From assembly GCA_964493715.1 (NCBI GenBank), contig CAZBPC010000013.1:1-59893 (forward strand): a stretch of DNA of 59,893 nucleotides, given 5' to 3'. The notes beneath the pieces were generated by a model, which saw only the letters and a list, made by a program, of their open reading frames with translations, ran no database searches and had not been told where the DNA came from. The first letter of the stretch is position 1, and the number at the start of each line of letters is the position of its first letter. The translations under genes were made by a program, and so were the position numbers. Source of the DNA: an uncultured archaeon (GTDB taxonomy: Archaea > Asgardarchaeota > Lokiarchaeia > Sigyniarchaeales > SOKP01). Positions 37,395 through 46,440 of the stretch are shown here, piece by piece.

Positions 37395-38189
37395 TCAATC
37401 AACGTCAACGTTTATCCTTTTTTTCAGAAAATCTAAAAAGTCTCTCGAGATTTCATCTTCAGAATCTATATTTCCTTTTTTTTCTTTTAAATATATCTTT
37501 CGAAGATTTAATACTTTAGATTTTAAATTTTGAGAGTTAAGATCATTTAAAAACTTCCCAACGATTCTTCTTGTAATAGTATCTAGTTTTTCTTTAGGTC
37601 CTTTTGTTGTAACTTTTTTGTGGGTTGATATCATTCCCATATTCAAATCTCTCAATTCCAACTCAATCTGATTAATTATGGAAAGAAGGGCCTCGTGAAT
37701 CTTATTAACGCTAAAATCAAAGGATATCAGGGGCTTATCCCAGTTATAATTATCAAAAGGATCAAATTTCTCATTAATTCTATGAATTATCTCATTGGGT
37801 ATTGGAGTTCCTCGTTCATTATTCCATTTTAGACATGTTTCAATTGGTGTTGAAATATATACTATAAAAAAGGGTATGCTATATTCATCAGCAATTTCCT
37901 TTAAATCATGTCTCATACTTGTATAGTAATTTAAATCATCACTTATCACAATATAACCTTGTGATAATGCTTCTTTAATTAGATTTATGTTATTGGTTTT
38001 TACTAGGTGTTCATATTCATAATTAAAGGGTAGAGATGAAATTTCTTTTCTTATACTATCTGGATCAATTATTTCAACTTTAAAATTAGGTGCTGCTGAT
38101 TTTAAAGCTTTTTTGATGAAACTAGCAAAAGTCGATTTACCCGCAGCTGGTAAACCTGCTAATATTAGTAAAAATTGATATTCAATCAA
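37395..38189 (-). CDS. pstK: O-phosphoseryl-tRNA(Sec) kinase / Kti12 family P-loop kinase
   Basis: GLPAAGKS, D.IRK, DDLNYYTSMR, WN..R, WDKP; GAGGA SD before TTG 38189. Confidence 0.75.
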   Translation of the reverse strand: MIEYQFLLILAGLPAAGKSTFASFIKKALKSAAPNFKVEIIDPDSIRKEISSLPFNYEYEHLVKTNNINLIKEALSQGYIVISDDLNYYTSMRHDLKEIADEYSIPFFIVYISTPIETCLKWNNERGTPIPNEIIHRINEKFDPFDNYNWDKPLISFDFSVNKIHEALLSIINQIELELRDLNMGMISTHKKVTTKGPKEKLDTITRRIVGKFLNDLNSQNLKSKVLNLRKIYLKEKKGNIDSEDEISRDFLDFLKKRINVDVD

Positions 38190-38463
38190 CTGTATCCTCA
38201 ATTTCATTTGAACTTTTAATTAGTTCAAATTTTTCTTTTCTTGAAAAAGTTTTAATCTCTAATTCCCGTCTCATTGCCTCTTTCCTCTCCAGGTATGTTT
38301 CAAAATATTTCAATTCTATTTTCTTCCCATTACAAAATTTGGCTCCTCTCCCGTTTTTATGCTCCTCTATTCTTCGATTCAAATTATTTGTATAACCCGT
38401 ATAAAATCTTTTCTTATTATTTTTTCCAATCGTTTCTAAAATATATACATAGTAGAAAGTCAT
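38182..38463 (-). CDS. GIY-YIG nuclease family protein (UPF0213/YhbQ-like)
   Basis: YYVYIL...YTGYTNNL.RR..EH..G.GAKF...EA..RE..IK. Confidence 0.9.
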   Translation of the reverse strand: MTFYYVYILETIGKNNKKRFYTGYTNNLNRRIEEHKNGRGAKFCNGKKIELKYFETYLERKEAMRRELEIKTFSRKEKFELIKSSNEIEDTVD

Positions 38464-38640
38464 GCTTTTTCCCTACATAAAATTACTCATCGTTCTATTT
38501 ATTTTTTTTTGAAAAATACAAGAATTTAGGAACTTTCAATTTATTGAATTAAACATAACTAACTAAATTTAAATTAAATTTATTAATGCTAATTTTTATA
38601 ATTTAAAAGAAGGTATATAGGAATGTTAAGGTGAGAGTAG

Positions 38641-39276
38641 ATTCCTCTAGGAATATTTCTGATTAAATGGAATGAGATCATAGGTGGGACAATTTATTTA
38701 AAGTATCCCGAGGATTTTGAAATTCCTGATAACGTTGTCCAACAAATACAAATCTCTCACAATTTTGTTGAAAGCTATATAACCATCGAAGAAAAGGATT
38801 GGAACTCAATTTCTTATTATAATGAGAATCGAGAAATAATTATCGTATTAGTTTTAGAAAAGTATGATGATGCCTCGGATTATACTATAATTCTTGATGA
38901 ATTCAAAAAAGAACTCGACTTAGATATAAAAGAAGAAAAACTTAAGAAACACCTCAAAGAAAAGTATGATTTATCGTTAAAGGTCTTTAGAACTCGGGAT
39001 GAGGTAATTGCTAAATTAAGTAATGAAGTAGCACAGCTAAAAACTTTTGAATATGATTGGTCAAAAAGAGTTGAAAAAATAGTTAAATCAAACCATCTGA
39101 AAGTCAAAAGTAAAATTCAGTTTCTCTTAGCAATGAACGAAGAGATGGAGTATTGTGACATCTGTAAAAATGTTGATACTACAAAGAATTGGATAAATTC
39201 TGTTCTTGAAACCTTGATGAAAAATAAAATCATTGGATATAACCAACAGAAAGATTCATACTATTTACAATTTTGA
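38641..39276 (+). CDS. Longin/uDENN-like + coiled-coil + winged-helix protein, apparent ATT start (absent from ORF track)
   Basis: 211 open codons (I/M)PLGIFLIKWNEIIGGTIYLKYPEDF...DSYYLQF*; in-frame TAG immediately before ATT; AAGGTGA SD upstream. Confidence 0.8.
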   Translation: MPLGIFLIKWNEIIGGTIYLKYPEDFEIPDNVVQQIQISHNFVESYITIEEKDWNSISYYNENREIIIVLVLEKYDDASDYTIILDEFKKELDLDIKEEKLKKHLKEKYDLSLKVFRTRDEVIAKLSNEVAQLKTFEYDWSKRVEKIVKSNHLKVKSKIQFLLAMNEEMEYCDICKNVDTTKNWINSVLETLMKNKIIGYNQQKDSYYLQF

Positions 39277-39417
39277 ACAAATTTTATCACATTGTTATAT
39301 TCCTACTATTTAATAATTATAAAATCATTACTCTTAGTTTTTCAGCAAAATTAGCAATGATTTTTGAAAAGATAAAAAGGTTTTTTATATATCAATATTT
39401 AGAATACTCGATTAACT

Positions 39418-40551
39418 ATGAATCTGACTATTGAGGAACAAAAAGAAGTAATAAAAGTAATGGAATCGCAAATGTTAACACTTCTTCATGGTGAATATGT
39501 TAAAAAATTTGAAAAAGATTTTGCAAGATATCATGGTGTTAAACATGCTATAGGAGTAAATACAGGAACCGCAGCTCTTCATATTGCTATAGCTGCATTA
39601 GATATAGGTCCAGGAGATGAAGTAATCGTTCCTCCTTTCACTTTTATATCAACAGCGAGCTCTATCATTCATAATAACGCAATTCCTATATTTGCTGATA
39701 TAGATAATAAATCCTATACTCTTGATCCTAAATCTGTTAAAGAAAAAATAACAGATAAAACAAAAGCTATTATACCAGTGCATTTAGCTGGTATCGCAGC
39801 AAATATGAAGGATTTAAAGGAAATAGCAAATGATTATGGAATATTCATTATTGAAGATGCATGTCAGTCATTGGGTGCCAAATGCAATAATAAAAAAGTA
39901 GGATCTATTGGTGAGATTGGGTGCTTCAGCTTTTATCCTTCAAAAAATATAACTACTGGTGAAGGAGGCATGATCATAACTAATAGCGACGACCTTGCAG
40001 AACAATGTAAATTAATTCGACATCATGGCGAACCTTCTTGGTATGTCTATAATAGATTGGGTTATAATTATCGCATGACTGAAATACAAGGAGCAATTGG
40101 AGGTATACAACTAACAAAAATAGATGATTTTATTAAAATCCGGAACGAAAATGCCCGATATTTAACTGAAGGAATTCAAAATGTTGAGGGAATTGATCCA
40201 CCATTTGTTCCAAAATATTGTGACCCCGCTTTCAATTATTGGATTGGACGAATAAATCCTTCTATCATTCATATGAACAAGATGGAATTTATAGATAAAT
40301 TTCCTAAGAGTAAAATTCTTTACCCAAAACCTCTTTATAAAACTAAATTATTTCAAGAAAAGATTGCGTACCCTAAAGGATGTCCTTGGTCATGTCCATA
40401 TTACGGAAGAGATATAAATTATAAGGATCTATCATTACCAATCGTAGAACAAGTTGCGAATGAAATCTTTGCTCTTGATATTCACCCAAAGATATCCAGA
40501 GAAATTCTTGATGAAAACATCGCTACAATAAAAAATCTCGCAAATAAATAG
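39418..40551 (+). CDS. DegT/DnrJ/EryC1/StrS aminotransferase
   Basis: GTAALH, GPGDEVIVP, IEDACQ, SFYPSKNITTGEGG, GYNYRM. Confidence 0.93.
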   Translation: MNLTIEEQKEVIKVMESQMLTLLHGEYVKKFEKDFARYHGVKHAIGVNTGTAALHIAIAALDIGPGDEVIVPPFTFISTASSIIHNNAIPIFADIDNKSYTLDPKSVKEKITDKTKAIIPVHLAGIAANMKDLKEIANDYGIFIIEDACQSLGAKCNNKKVGSIGEIGCFSFYPSKNITTGEGGMIITNSDDLAEQCKLIRHHGEPSWYVYNRLGYNYRMTEIQGAIGGIQLTKIDDFIKIRNENARYLTEGIQNVEGIDPPFVPKYCDPAFNYWIGRINPSIIHMNKMEFIDKFPKSKILYPKPLYKTKLFQEKIAYPKGCPWSCPYYGRDINYKDLSLPIVEQVANEIFALDIHPKISREILDENIATIKNLANK

Positions 40552-40636
40552 GAATTTGCTTTTTATTCTCCTATATTATTCTGATATCACCTGAATAATA
40601 TTCTTGAAAATAAATCAATGTAGAATTTAATTATTT

Positions 40637-40963
40637 ATGTCGAGTACATTAGAAAAAGAAAGATTTCTCCAAGAATCACCATCTTTTCGCAGCTACAAAA
40701 TACTGAAGATGTATGGAATCCTTAACGAAATGAATCTAAAAAGAGAAAATAGATATATTTTATGTAATTTTATTGATCAGAATAGCACTAAATTTGAAAC
40801 TAAAGGAGATATCTATGAGAAAAATAAAGATTACAGCTTAAATCACCTGTTTATTTTTGCTATCAATAACGCAAAAAAACATGATTTAATGCAATCTCTA
40901 TATGAAGAATACAGGACTTCTATCAATGCAATTGTACAAAAAAAAGATATAACATCATTATAA
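40637..40963 (+). CDS. Hypothetical protein
   Basis: 108-aa ORF with ATG start; no motif recognised. Confidence 0.65.
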   Translation: MSSTLEKERFLQESPSFRSYKILKMYGILNEMNLKRENRYILCNFIDQNSTKFETKGDIYEKNKDYSLNHLFIFAINNAKKHDLMQSLYEEYRTSINAIVQKKDITSL

Positions 40964-41047
40964 CATCTTCTGATATCAAATTGAAGAAAATAGTTAATAA
41001 GAATAAACTCTATTATCAATGTAGTAAATAATATGACTTGATCAATT

Positions 41048-41575
41048 ATGACTGAACCAAATTACATCATAAAAATATGTTTACTTGGAGAAGCGAATGT
41101 GGGAAAAACTTCTTTAGTTTATAGGTTCATTGAAAACAAGTTTAGAGATAACTATAAAAGTACGCTAGGAGTAAATCTTCTAAAAAAAGATTTGAATGTG
41201 GAAGGATATGGTGAGGTAGTAGCACAGATATGGGATTTGGGAGGTCAAGAGAGCTTTAAAAGTCTCCGAAAATTATATTTGGAAGGAGCAAATGGTGCCT
41301 TACTGATATTTGATGTCACGCAAAGTAAAAGTTTCGAAAAATTACGAGACTGGATACAAGATTTTAAATTAGCTCGAGAAAATGAACCACTCATATTAAT
41401 TGGAAATAAAAATGACCTAAAAGGAAAATCTCAAGTCTCAGATCAAGAAGCAACACAATTCGCAAAGGAATTTAATCTGCAATATCTCTCTACATCAGCA
41501 AAAACTGGAACTAATGTAGAGCAGGCTTTTAATAAGATGATAAAAACCATTTTGGATAAAATTTTGAAAGCCTAA
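41048..41575 (+). CDS. Rab/Ras-like small GTPase
   Basis: GEANVGKT, STLG, WDLGGQE, NKND, TSAK. Confidence 0.95.
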   Translation: MTEPNYIIKICLLGEANVGKTSLVYRFIENKFRDNYKSTLGVNLLKKDLNVEGYGEVVAQIWDLGGQESFKSLRKLYLEGANGALLIFDVTQSKSFEKLRDWIQDFKLARENEPLILIGNKNDLKGKSQVSDQEATQFAKEFNLQYLSTSAKTGTNVEQAFNKMIKTILDKILKA

Positions 41576-41759
41576 CTATTTTAAAAAGGTTAAATGTATT
41601 TCTCTTTATTATTCTCCCCATAAATTATGAGTCATTTATAAAGCATTTATAAACTATCACATATTTACATTAAATTATATCTATAAAATTACTAACTTTT
41701 TAAGATAATTCATTCAGTAAGTAGTTGAAAATCAAATCATATTAGGAATTGAGATTAAG

Positions 41760-42449
41760 ATGTCAAAAGAAGAAATTGAAGATATTGATGAGGAAGAGGA
41801 AGAGGAAGACGACGACGATTATGAAGAAGAAGAGGAGGAGGATGATTTAGAATCTGAAGAAGGTTTAGATTATAAAATAGAAAATGTTGTTGCTACAGTG
41901 GTAGTAGAGATTACGAAAAAGATTGATCTAAATCAGATTGCCAGAAAACACGCTGATGTAGAATATAATCCAGAACGATTTCCAGGTCTAGTAATGCGAA
42001 TCGAAAAGCCTCGTGCAACAATCCTCATCTTTTCTACGGGAAAAATGGTAGTAACGGGCTTAAGAAAAGCACGAGAAGCCCCAAGAGTTGTGGAAAAAGT
42101 TGTTAAAAATATAAGAAAAGCAGGAATTAAGGTAACCAATCCTGAAATTACCATACAAAATATAGTTGCAAGTGGAGACTTGCATACAAATATTGATCTA
42201 AATATGGCTGCGATTGTCATGGAATTTGCTATGTACGAACCGGAGGTTTTTCCCGGCTTAATTTATCGTATGCCCGACCCAAAAACAGTATTCTTGATAT
42301 TTTCAACGGGACGAATTGTATGTACGGGAGCAAAGAAAAAAGAAATTGTTAGAGATGCTGTGAGAAAATTAAATCAGCAAGTTCGAGAATTAGGAGTTGC
42401 TAAAAAGGAATTAAGTGATAATGACTACGAAGATATAACATTTATCTAA
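41760..42449 (+). CDS. tbp: TATA-box binding protein with an acidic N-terminal extension
   Basis: Two TBP repeats: ENVVAT...YNPERFPGL...LIFSTGKMVVTG and QNIVAS...YEPEVFPGL...LIFSTGRIVCTG. Confidence 0.98.
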   Translation: MSKEEIEDIDEEEEEEDDDDYEEEEEEDDLESEEGLDYKIENVVATVVVEITKKIDLNQIARKHADVEYNPERFPGLVMRIEKPRATILIFSTGKMVVTGLRKAREAPRVVEKVVKNIRKAGIKVTNPEITIQNIVASGDLHTNIDLNMAAIVMEFAMYEPEVFPGLIYRMPDPKTVFLIFSTGRIVCTGAKKKEIVRDAVRKLNQQVRELGVAKKELSDNDYEDITFI

Positions 42450-42558
42450 TTTTTTTCAATTATTTTTATATATATATTATTAGCAATAGGCTCTTCTGAA
42501 TATATTTATTCAGTAATAAATTGTTTTCTTAGAATCATTTAAATGATAAAAAAAAGGC

Positions 42559-43077
42559 CTATTCCTTTTGAAATACAATCATAAATTCACAATAAGGATT
42601 CCCTGATTGCAATCCGCACTCTACCTCTTGAGCAAAACAATGAATGTTTATCATGTGCTCTACGATGCCAGCAAGCATTCCCGCTTCAAAAGCACAAAAA
42701 CTACCCTCCGTTTTAATCCCTTTATTGAGGAGGTCTTTTATTGAAGAATGACCCTTTAGTCTTAGGTTAATGATCTCATCACTACTCTCAATTATCTCCA
42801 TATCACCTAAATTAAATTCTTTTACAATCTCTCTTAAACCATCAGGAATTTGGGTTGTTTCTCTCAATTGTTTTACTTTCAATATTGTTCCAAGTTCATG
42901 TCCCAAATAATAAAATATGGCTTCTAGTTGGTGTCCTAATTCTATGGTCTCTAAGAAGTTTAGAATAACATCTTACCTTGCTAGTAGGGCTCCAACTTTC
43001 ATGTCTCCAATTTCTTTTCCTTCTTTTAGGTGCTTTTTCATTTGGGTCAAAATTTTAGATAAAAGTTTTCTATCCAT
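42559..43077 (-). pseudogene. V4R/Bet3-like domain gene interrupted by an in-frame TAA (or a base error)
   Basis: ATG 43077 reads MDRKLL...LLAR*DVILNF...YYLGHELG in frame into ORF 42559..42906; V4R motif CAFEAGMLAG...EVEC...CEF. Confidence 0.75.
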
Positions 43078-43113
43078 TTTTTCCACTTCCTTTCTTTTAT
43101 AATTATTGATATA

Positions 43114-43407
43114 TTATATTCTTACTGATGAGATAAATCCAAAAAGGATTGCATCAATGATATCTTCTTCTTGGATATTTATCGATAATCTTTTTTCAGC
43201 AATTATTAATGTTGGTAATGAGGTTATTTTGTATTTTTGAGTTAACATGTAATTCTTGCTCACATCTATTTTTTCGATCAATAATTTCTTTCCAAACATG
43301 GAAATATTTATTCTTTTTAACATCTCTTCCACCGGTTGGCAAGGCGCACAATGTACGGATGAAAATAACAATATTTTCGGATATCCTTCTTTGAAAACTT
43401 CAGACAT
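43114..43407 (-). CDS. Thioredoxin-like protein
   Basis: CAPC active site, KIDV, cis-Pro motif SLPTL. Confidence 0.85.
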   Translation of the reverse strand: MSEVFKEGYPKILLFSSVHCAPCQPVEEMLKRINISMFGKKLLIEKIDVSKNYMLTQKYKITSLPTLIIAEKRLSINIQEEDIIDAILFGFISSVRI

Positions 43408-43445
43408 TTATCATCATTGCCAAACCAGTATGATTTAAATATTTC

Positions 43446-43991
43446 TTATTGGTCTTTAAACTTCTCATATAAATTTGTAATAATAGCTTGAAATGCTTCA
43501 TATACCCCATTCCCAGTTTTAGCAGATGTTTTATAATATCCAAGAAAATTTCTGTTTTTTGCAAATTTCACTGCTTTTTCATCATTAAACTTTTCGGGGG
43601 ATGTCAAATCAATTTTATTCCCAAATAATATAATTGGGATATCTCCACAATATTTTTTAATATCTTCATGCCATTCTTCTACATCATCAAAACTTTCTTC
43701 TTCTCCAGGACCGTGTGAAAACACAATAATTGCAGCTTTACTACCCTTATAAAATGTTGGTCGCATAAAACTAAATTGGGATTGACCAGCAATATCCCAA
43801 AAAAATAACTTCACAGCATTTCCATAAATCTTTTCATCATACTTGGAGAATTGAGCACCCAGCGTCTTGATATATTCCTTCTGAAAGCTCCCTTTCGTAT
43901 ATTTTCGGATTAAAGAAGTCTTTCCAACGCCACCATTCCCAATTACAGTAATTTTGAAAACGAAATCCTTTCTACCTTCGTTATCACTCAT
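43446..43991 (-). CDS. Rab/Ras-like small GTPase
   Basis: GNGGVGKT, KTLG, WDIAGQ, NKID, TSAK; ATG 43991. Confidence 0.95.
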   Translation of the reverse strand: MSDNEGRKDFVFKITVIGNGGVGKTSLIRKYTKGSFQKEYIKTLGAQFSKYDEKIYGNAVKLFFWDIAGQSQFSFMRPTFYKGSKAAIIVFSHGPGEEESFDDVEEWHEDIKKYCGDIPIILFGNKIDLTSPEKFNDEKAVKFAKNRNFLGYYKTSAKTGNGVYEAFQAIITNLYEKFKDQ

Positions 43992-44149
43992 AATATCACA
44001 TTTCAATATAATAACGTTTCTCTATTAGATTATCTTGTGCAATATTTTAAATATAAAATAATATAATGATTATAATAAAATTAATTCCTTTAAAGTTTTA
44101 CAAATAGAATATATAAATTCATATTTAATATGAAAGAGAATGAAAACTA

Positions 44150-44632
44150 ATGGAAAAATTCTCAAGATTAGAAAACGTGATTAAACAATTAATAAAGGAT
44201 GATTTATCTATTGCTTTTGCAGAATCATGCACTGGAGGATATGTTTCAAACATGTTCACAAATATTTCAGGAGTTTCAAAAACCTTTGAGCGTGGAATTG
44301 TTTGTTATAGTAATGAAGCGAAAATGACTCTTTTAAATATAGATCCCAAAACTTTAGATGAATTTGGTGCAGTTTCAGATGAAGTCGCCAAGCAACTTGC
44401 CTTTAATTTACGAATATTATCAAATGTCGATATTAGTGTAGGTATCACTGGTATAGCTGGTCCCACAGGGGGAACAAATGAAAAACCAATTGGTTTAGTT
44501 TATATTGCTTTCTCAACCGAAGAAGAAACAAGTGTTAATCAATATAACTTTCAGACTAATAGGTTGGAATTCAAAGAAAAAGTTTTTGAGAAAATTTTGG
44601 TATGGTTTGAAAAATTTCTTGATATAGAATGA
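44150..44632 (+). CDS. pncC: CinA C-terminal / NMN amidohydrolase (PncC-like)
   Basis: AESCTGG, YSNEAK, GAVS, ITGIAGPTGG...KPIGLV. Confidence 0.9.
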   Translation: MEKFSRLENVIKQLIKDDLSIAFAESCTGGYVSNMFTNISGVSKTFERGIVCYSNEAKMTLLNIDPKTLDEFGAVSDEVAKQLAFNLRILSNVDISVGITGIAGPTGGTNEKPIGLVYIAFSTEEETSVNQYNFQTNRLEFKEKVFEKILVWFEKFLDIE

Positions 44633-44640
44633 AAAAAGAA

Positions 44641-45825
44641 TTATGAAAGAAATTTACCTCGACTCATTACAGTTTTTCTTGAACCATCTTTATATTCTAC
44701 TATAATAGTTGCTTCTGGTGTAGATACAAAATCCCAATGCATTTGACTGCTACTAGTTCCCATCATCATTTTATTTCCTCCAAAGGCGACATGAACACTA
44801 CCATTAATTTTTTCGTCAGTCAAAATATATCCAATTGCTTTATCTATTTTTGGATTACATCCAATTCCCAATTCTGCAACATTATAAGTTCTCAGTTCTG
44901 GTACGTTATTTGCTTTATCAATCTCCTCACATTGCTTGAAGCTTTCTATAACAATATCTATATCATTGTATGCCGTTACTTTATCCATTTGAAGTTTTCC
45001 CTCCTTAAAAACCAAGTTGATTCCCTTTATGATTTTATTGGTATATCTATCCTTGGTCAATGGACAAAATATTGTACCTTCACCCATAGTTTCAATAGGA
45101 GGGAAAAATACTTCACCCGCGGGTAAATTTCCTCCTAAATCTCCAGCGGCTATTTGTTCGTCAGATAGAATCCCATCATCTAGGATTTTAGATCTACCCT
45201 CCACCGAAACCCAAAAATCAGTGCCTAAATCATCCTTTACGTATATTTTCTTTGCATCATTAAAATAGTTACCAATAGTAGTTGTAATTTCATGTAATTC
45301 TTCAATAGGTACTGCTGTGCCGTCAACAGTAAAACGTTCAAGCATTTCATATTCAATTCCATAAAATTCAGCAGCTTTTTTTGAAGGCCAACCAGCGTAT
45401 ATCCATTTTTTTCCAGGAGCATACTTTTCTTTACCCCCATATAGGATATCTCTAATTGGAGCTAATGCTTTTCCCTTTGCTTTGAGTTTTTCTCGAGGAA
45501 TTTCAACGTTTATACCTGGATTTTCTAATGGTTCTATGACAATGTATGCATCTATGTTTTCAATTAGTTTTATATAATGATTATGTGGAGTTTCTAGAGT
45601 TTTCATGCTAATATCAGGATCATTATATATTGATTGCTGATATAAATCAGTTGTATATGAAATTTGAGGTAATCCCCCTTTCCGGTAAACTTCTATTCCA
45701 ATTTCTTCCAGTAATTCTTGAGCATACGCACCTCCAGTAATATATATGCATTCACCTTCCTTTTTTATATTAATAGCTTTAACAATGTTTTTTGCACATA
45801 ACTTAATTTTATTTTTAGGGATCAT
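44641..45825 (-). CDS. M29 family aminopeptidase
   Basis: GTDF, NLPAGEVF, AELGIG, DEKI.GSVHVAFG, HWD. Confidence 0.9.
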   Translation of the reverse strand: MIPKNKIKLCAKNIVKAINIKKEGECIYITGGAYAQELLEEIGIEVYRKGGLPQISYTTDLYQQSIYNDPDISMKTLETPHNHYIKLIENIDAYIVIEPLENPGINVEIPREKLKAKGKALAPIRDILYGGKEKYAPGKKWIYAGWPSKKAAEFYGIEYEMLERFTVDGTAVPIEELHEITTTIGNYFNDAKKIYVKDDLGTDFWVSVEGRSKILDDGILSDEQIAAGDLGGNLPAGEVFFPPIETMGEGTIFCPLTKDRYTNKIIKGINLVFKEGKLQMDKVTAYNDIDIVIESFKQCEEIDKANNVPELRTYNVAELGIGCNPKIDKAIGYILTDEKINGSVHVAFGGNKMMMGTSSSQMHWDFVSTPEATIIVEYKDGSRKTVMSRGKFLS

Positions 45826-45970
45826 ACATCAAAAAAAGATGAATATTTATTAAATTATTATAATAAAAAGCTCTAAGAGTAAAATCAAAGAATTTATTAG
45901 ATCTGTCAGTTATTTTATGATTATCCATATGTAATAAATTAATATTATTAATAAATAGGATATCTTTCAA

Positions 45971-46435
45971 ATGGTCATAAGAGAAGCAGGATTACTCTTC
46001 AGAGGTTTCACACTTGTGAAAAAAAGTTATCACAAATCGACATTAGGTAAAATTGATTCTGATTTACGCAGTGGTTTATTAACAGCAATCTTAAATTTTG
46101 CTGAATCTGCAATATCCAAGGATTTCGTTGAATATTTTCAAGGAAAAAAATATGTAATTGCTTTTAAGAAGAATATGATTAAGGCAGATGATAGTTTTGA
46201 GCCTGAACTGTTAATATCATATGCCATCATGGATAAAGAGAAGCGAGTAGAAAAATATGTACAAAAAATTGTCCAGCCATTGCTCACATTGGTTGGACAA
46301 GAGTTTATCTCCAAAAATTCAGGAAAAAATTTATCAGAAATAACCCAATTCAAATCTTTTAAGAAAAATTTAGACCAGATATTCGGATCTGATACAATGA
46401 ACATCGATCAAAAATTTGAAGGATTATTTTATTGA
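45971..46435 (+). CDS. Longin-like domain protein
   Basis: IREAGLLFRGFTLV...DSDLRSGLLTAILNFAE...helix...F pattern, similar to 24396..24887. Confidence 0.65.
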   Translation: MVIREAGLLFRGFTLVKKSYHKSTLGKIDSDLRSGLLTAILNFAESAISKDFVEYFQGKKYVIAFKKNMIKADDSFEPELLISYAIMDKEKRVEKYVQKIVQPLLTLVGQEFISKNSGKNLSEITQFKSFKKNLDQIFGSDTMNIDQKFEGLFY

Positions 46436-46440
46436 ACTCT

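Noticed and set aside
38182-38463. Mobile homing endonuclease
   Set aside because: Only 93 aa, a stand-alone YhbQ-like domain with no DNA-binding extension and no intron or intein context
42973-42975. Selenocysteine or pyrrolysine read-through in the V4R gene
   Set aside because: The codon is TAA, not TGA or TAG
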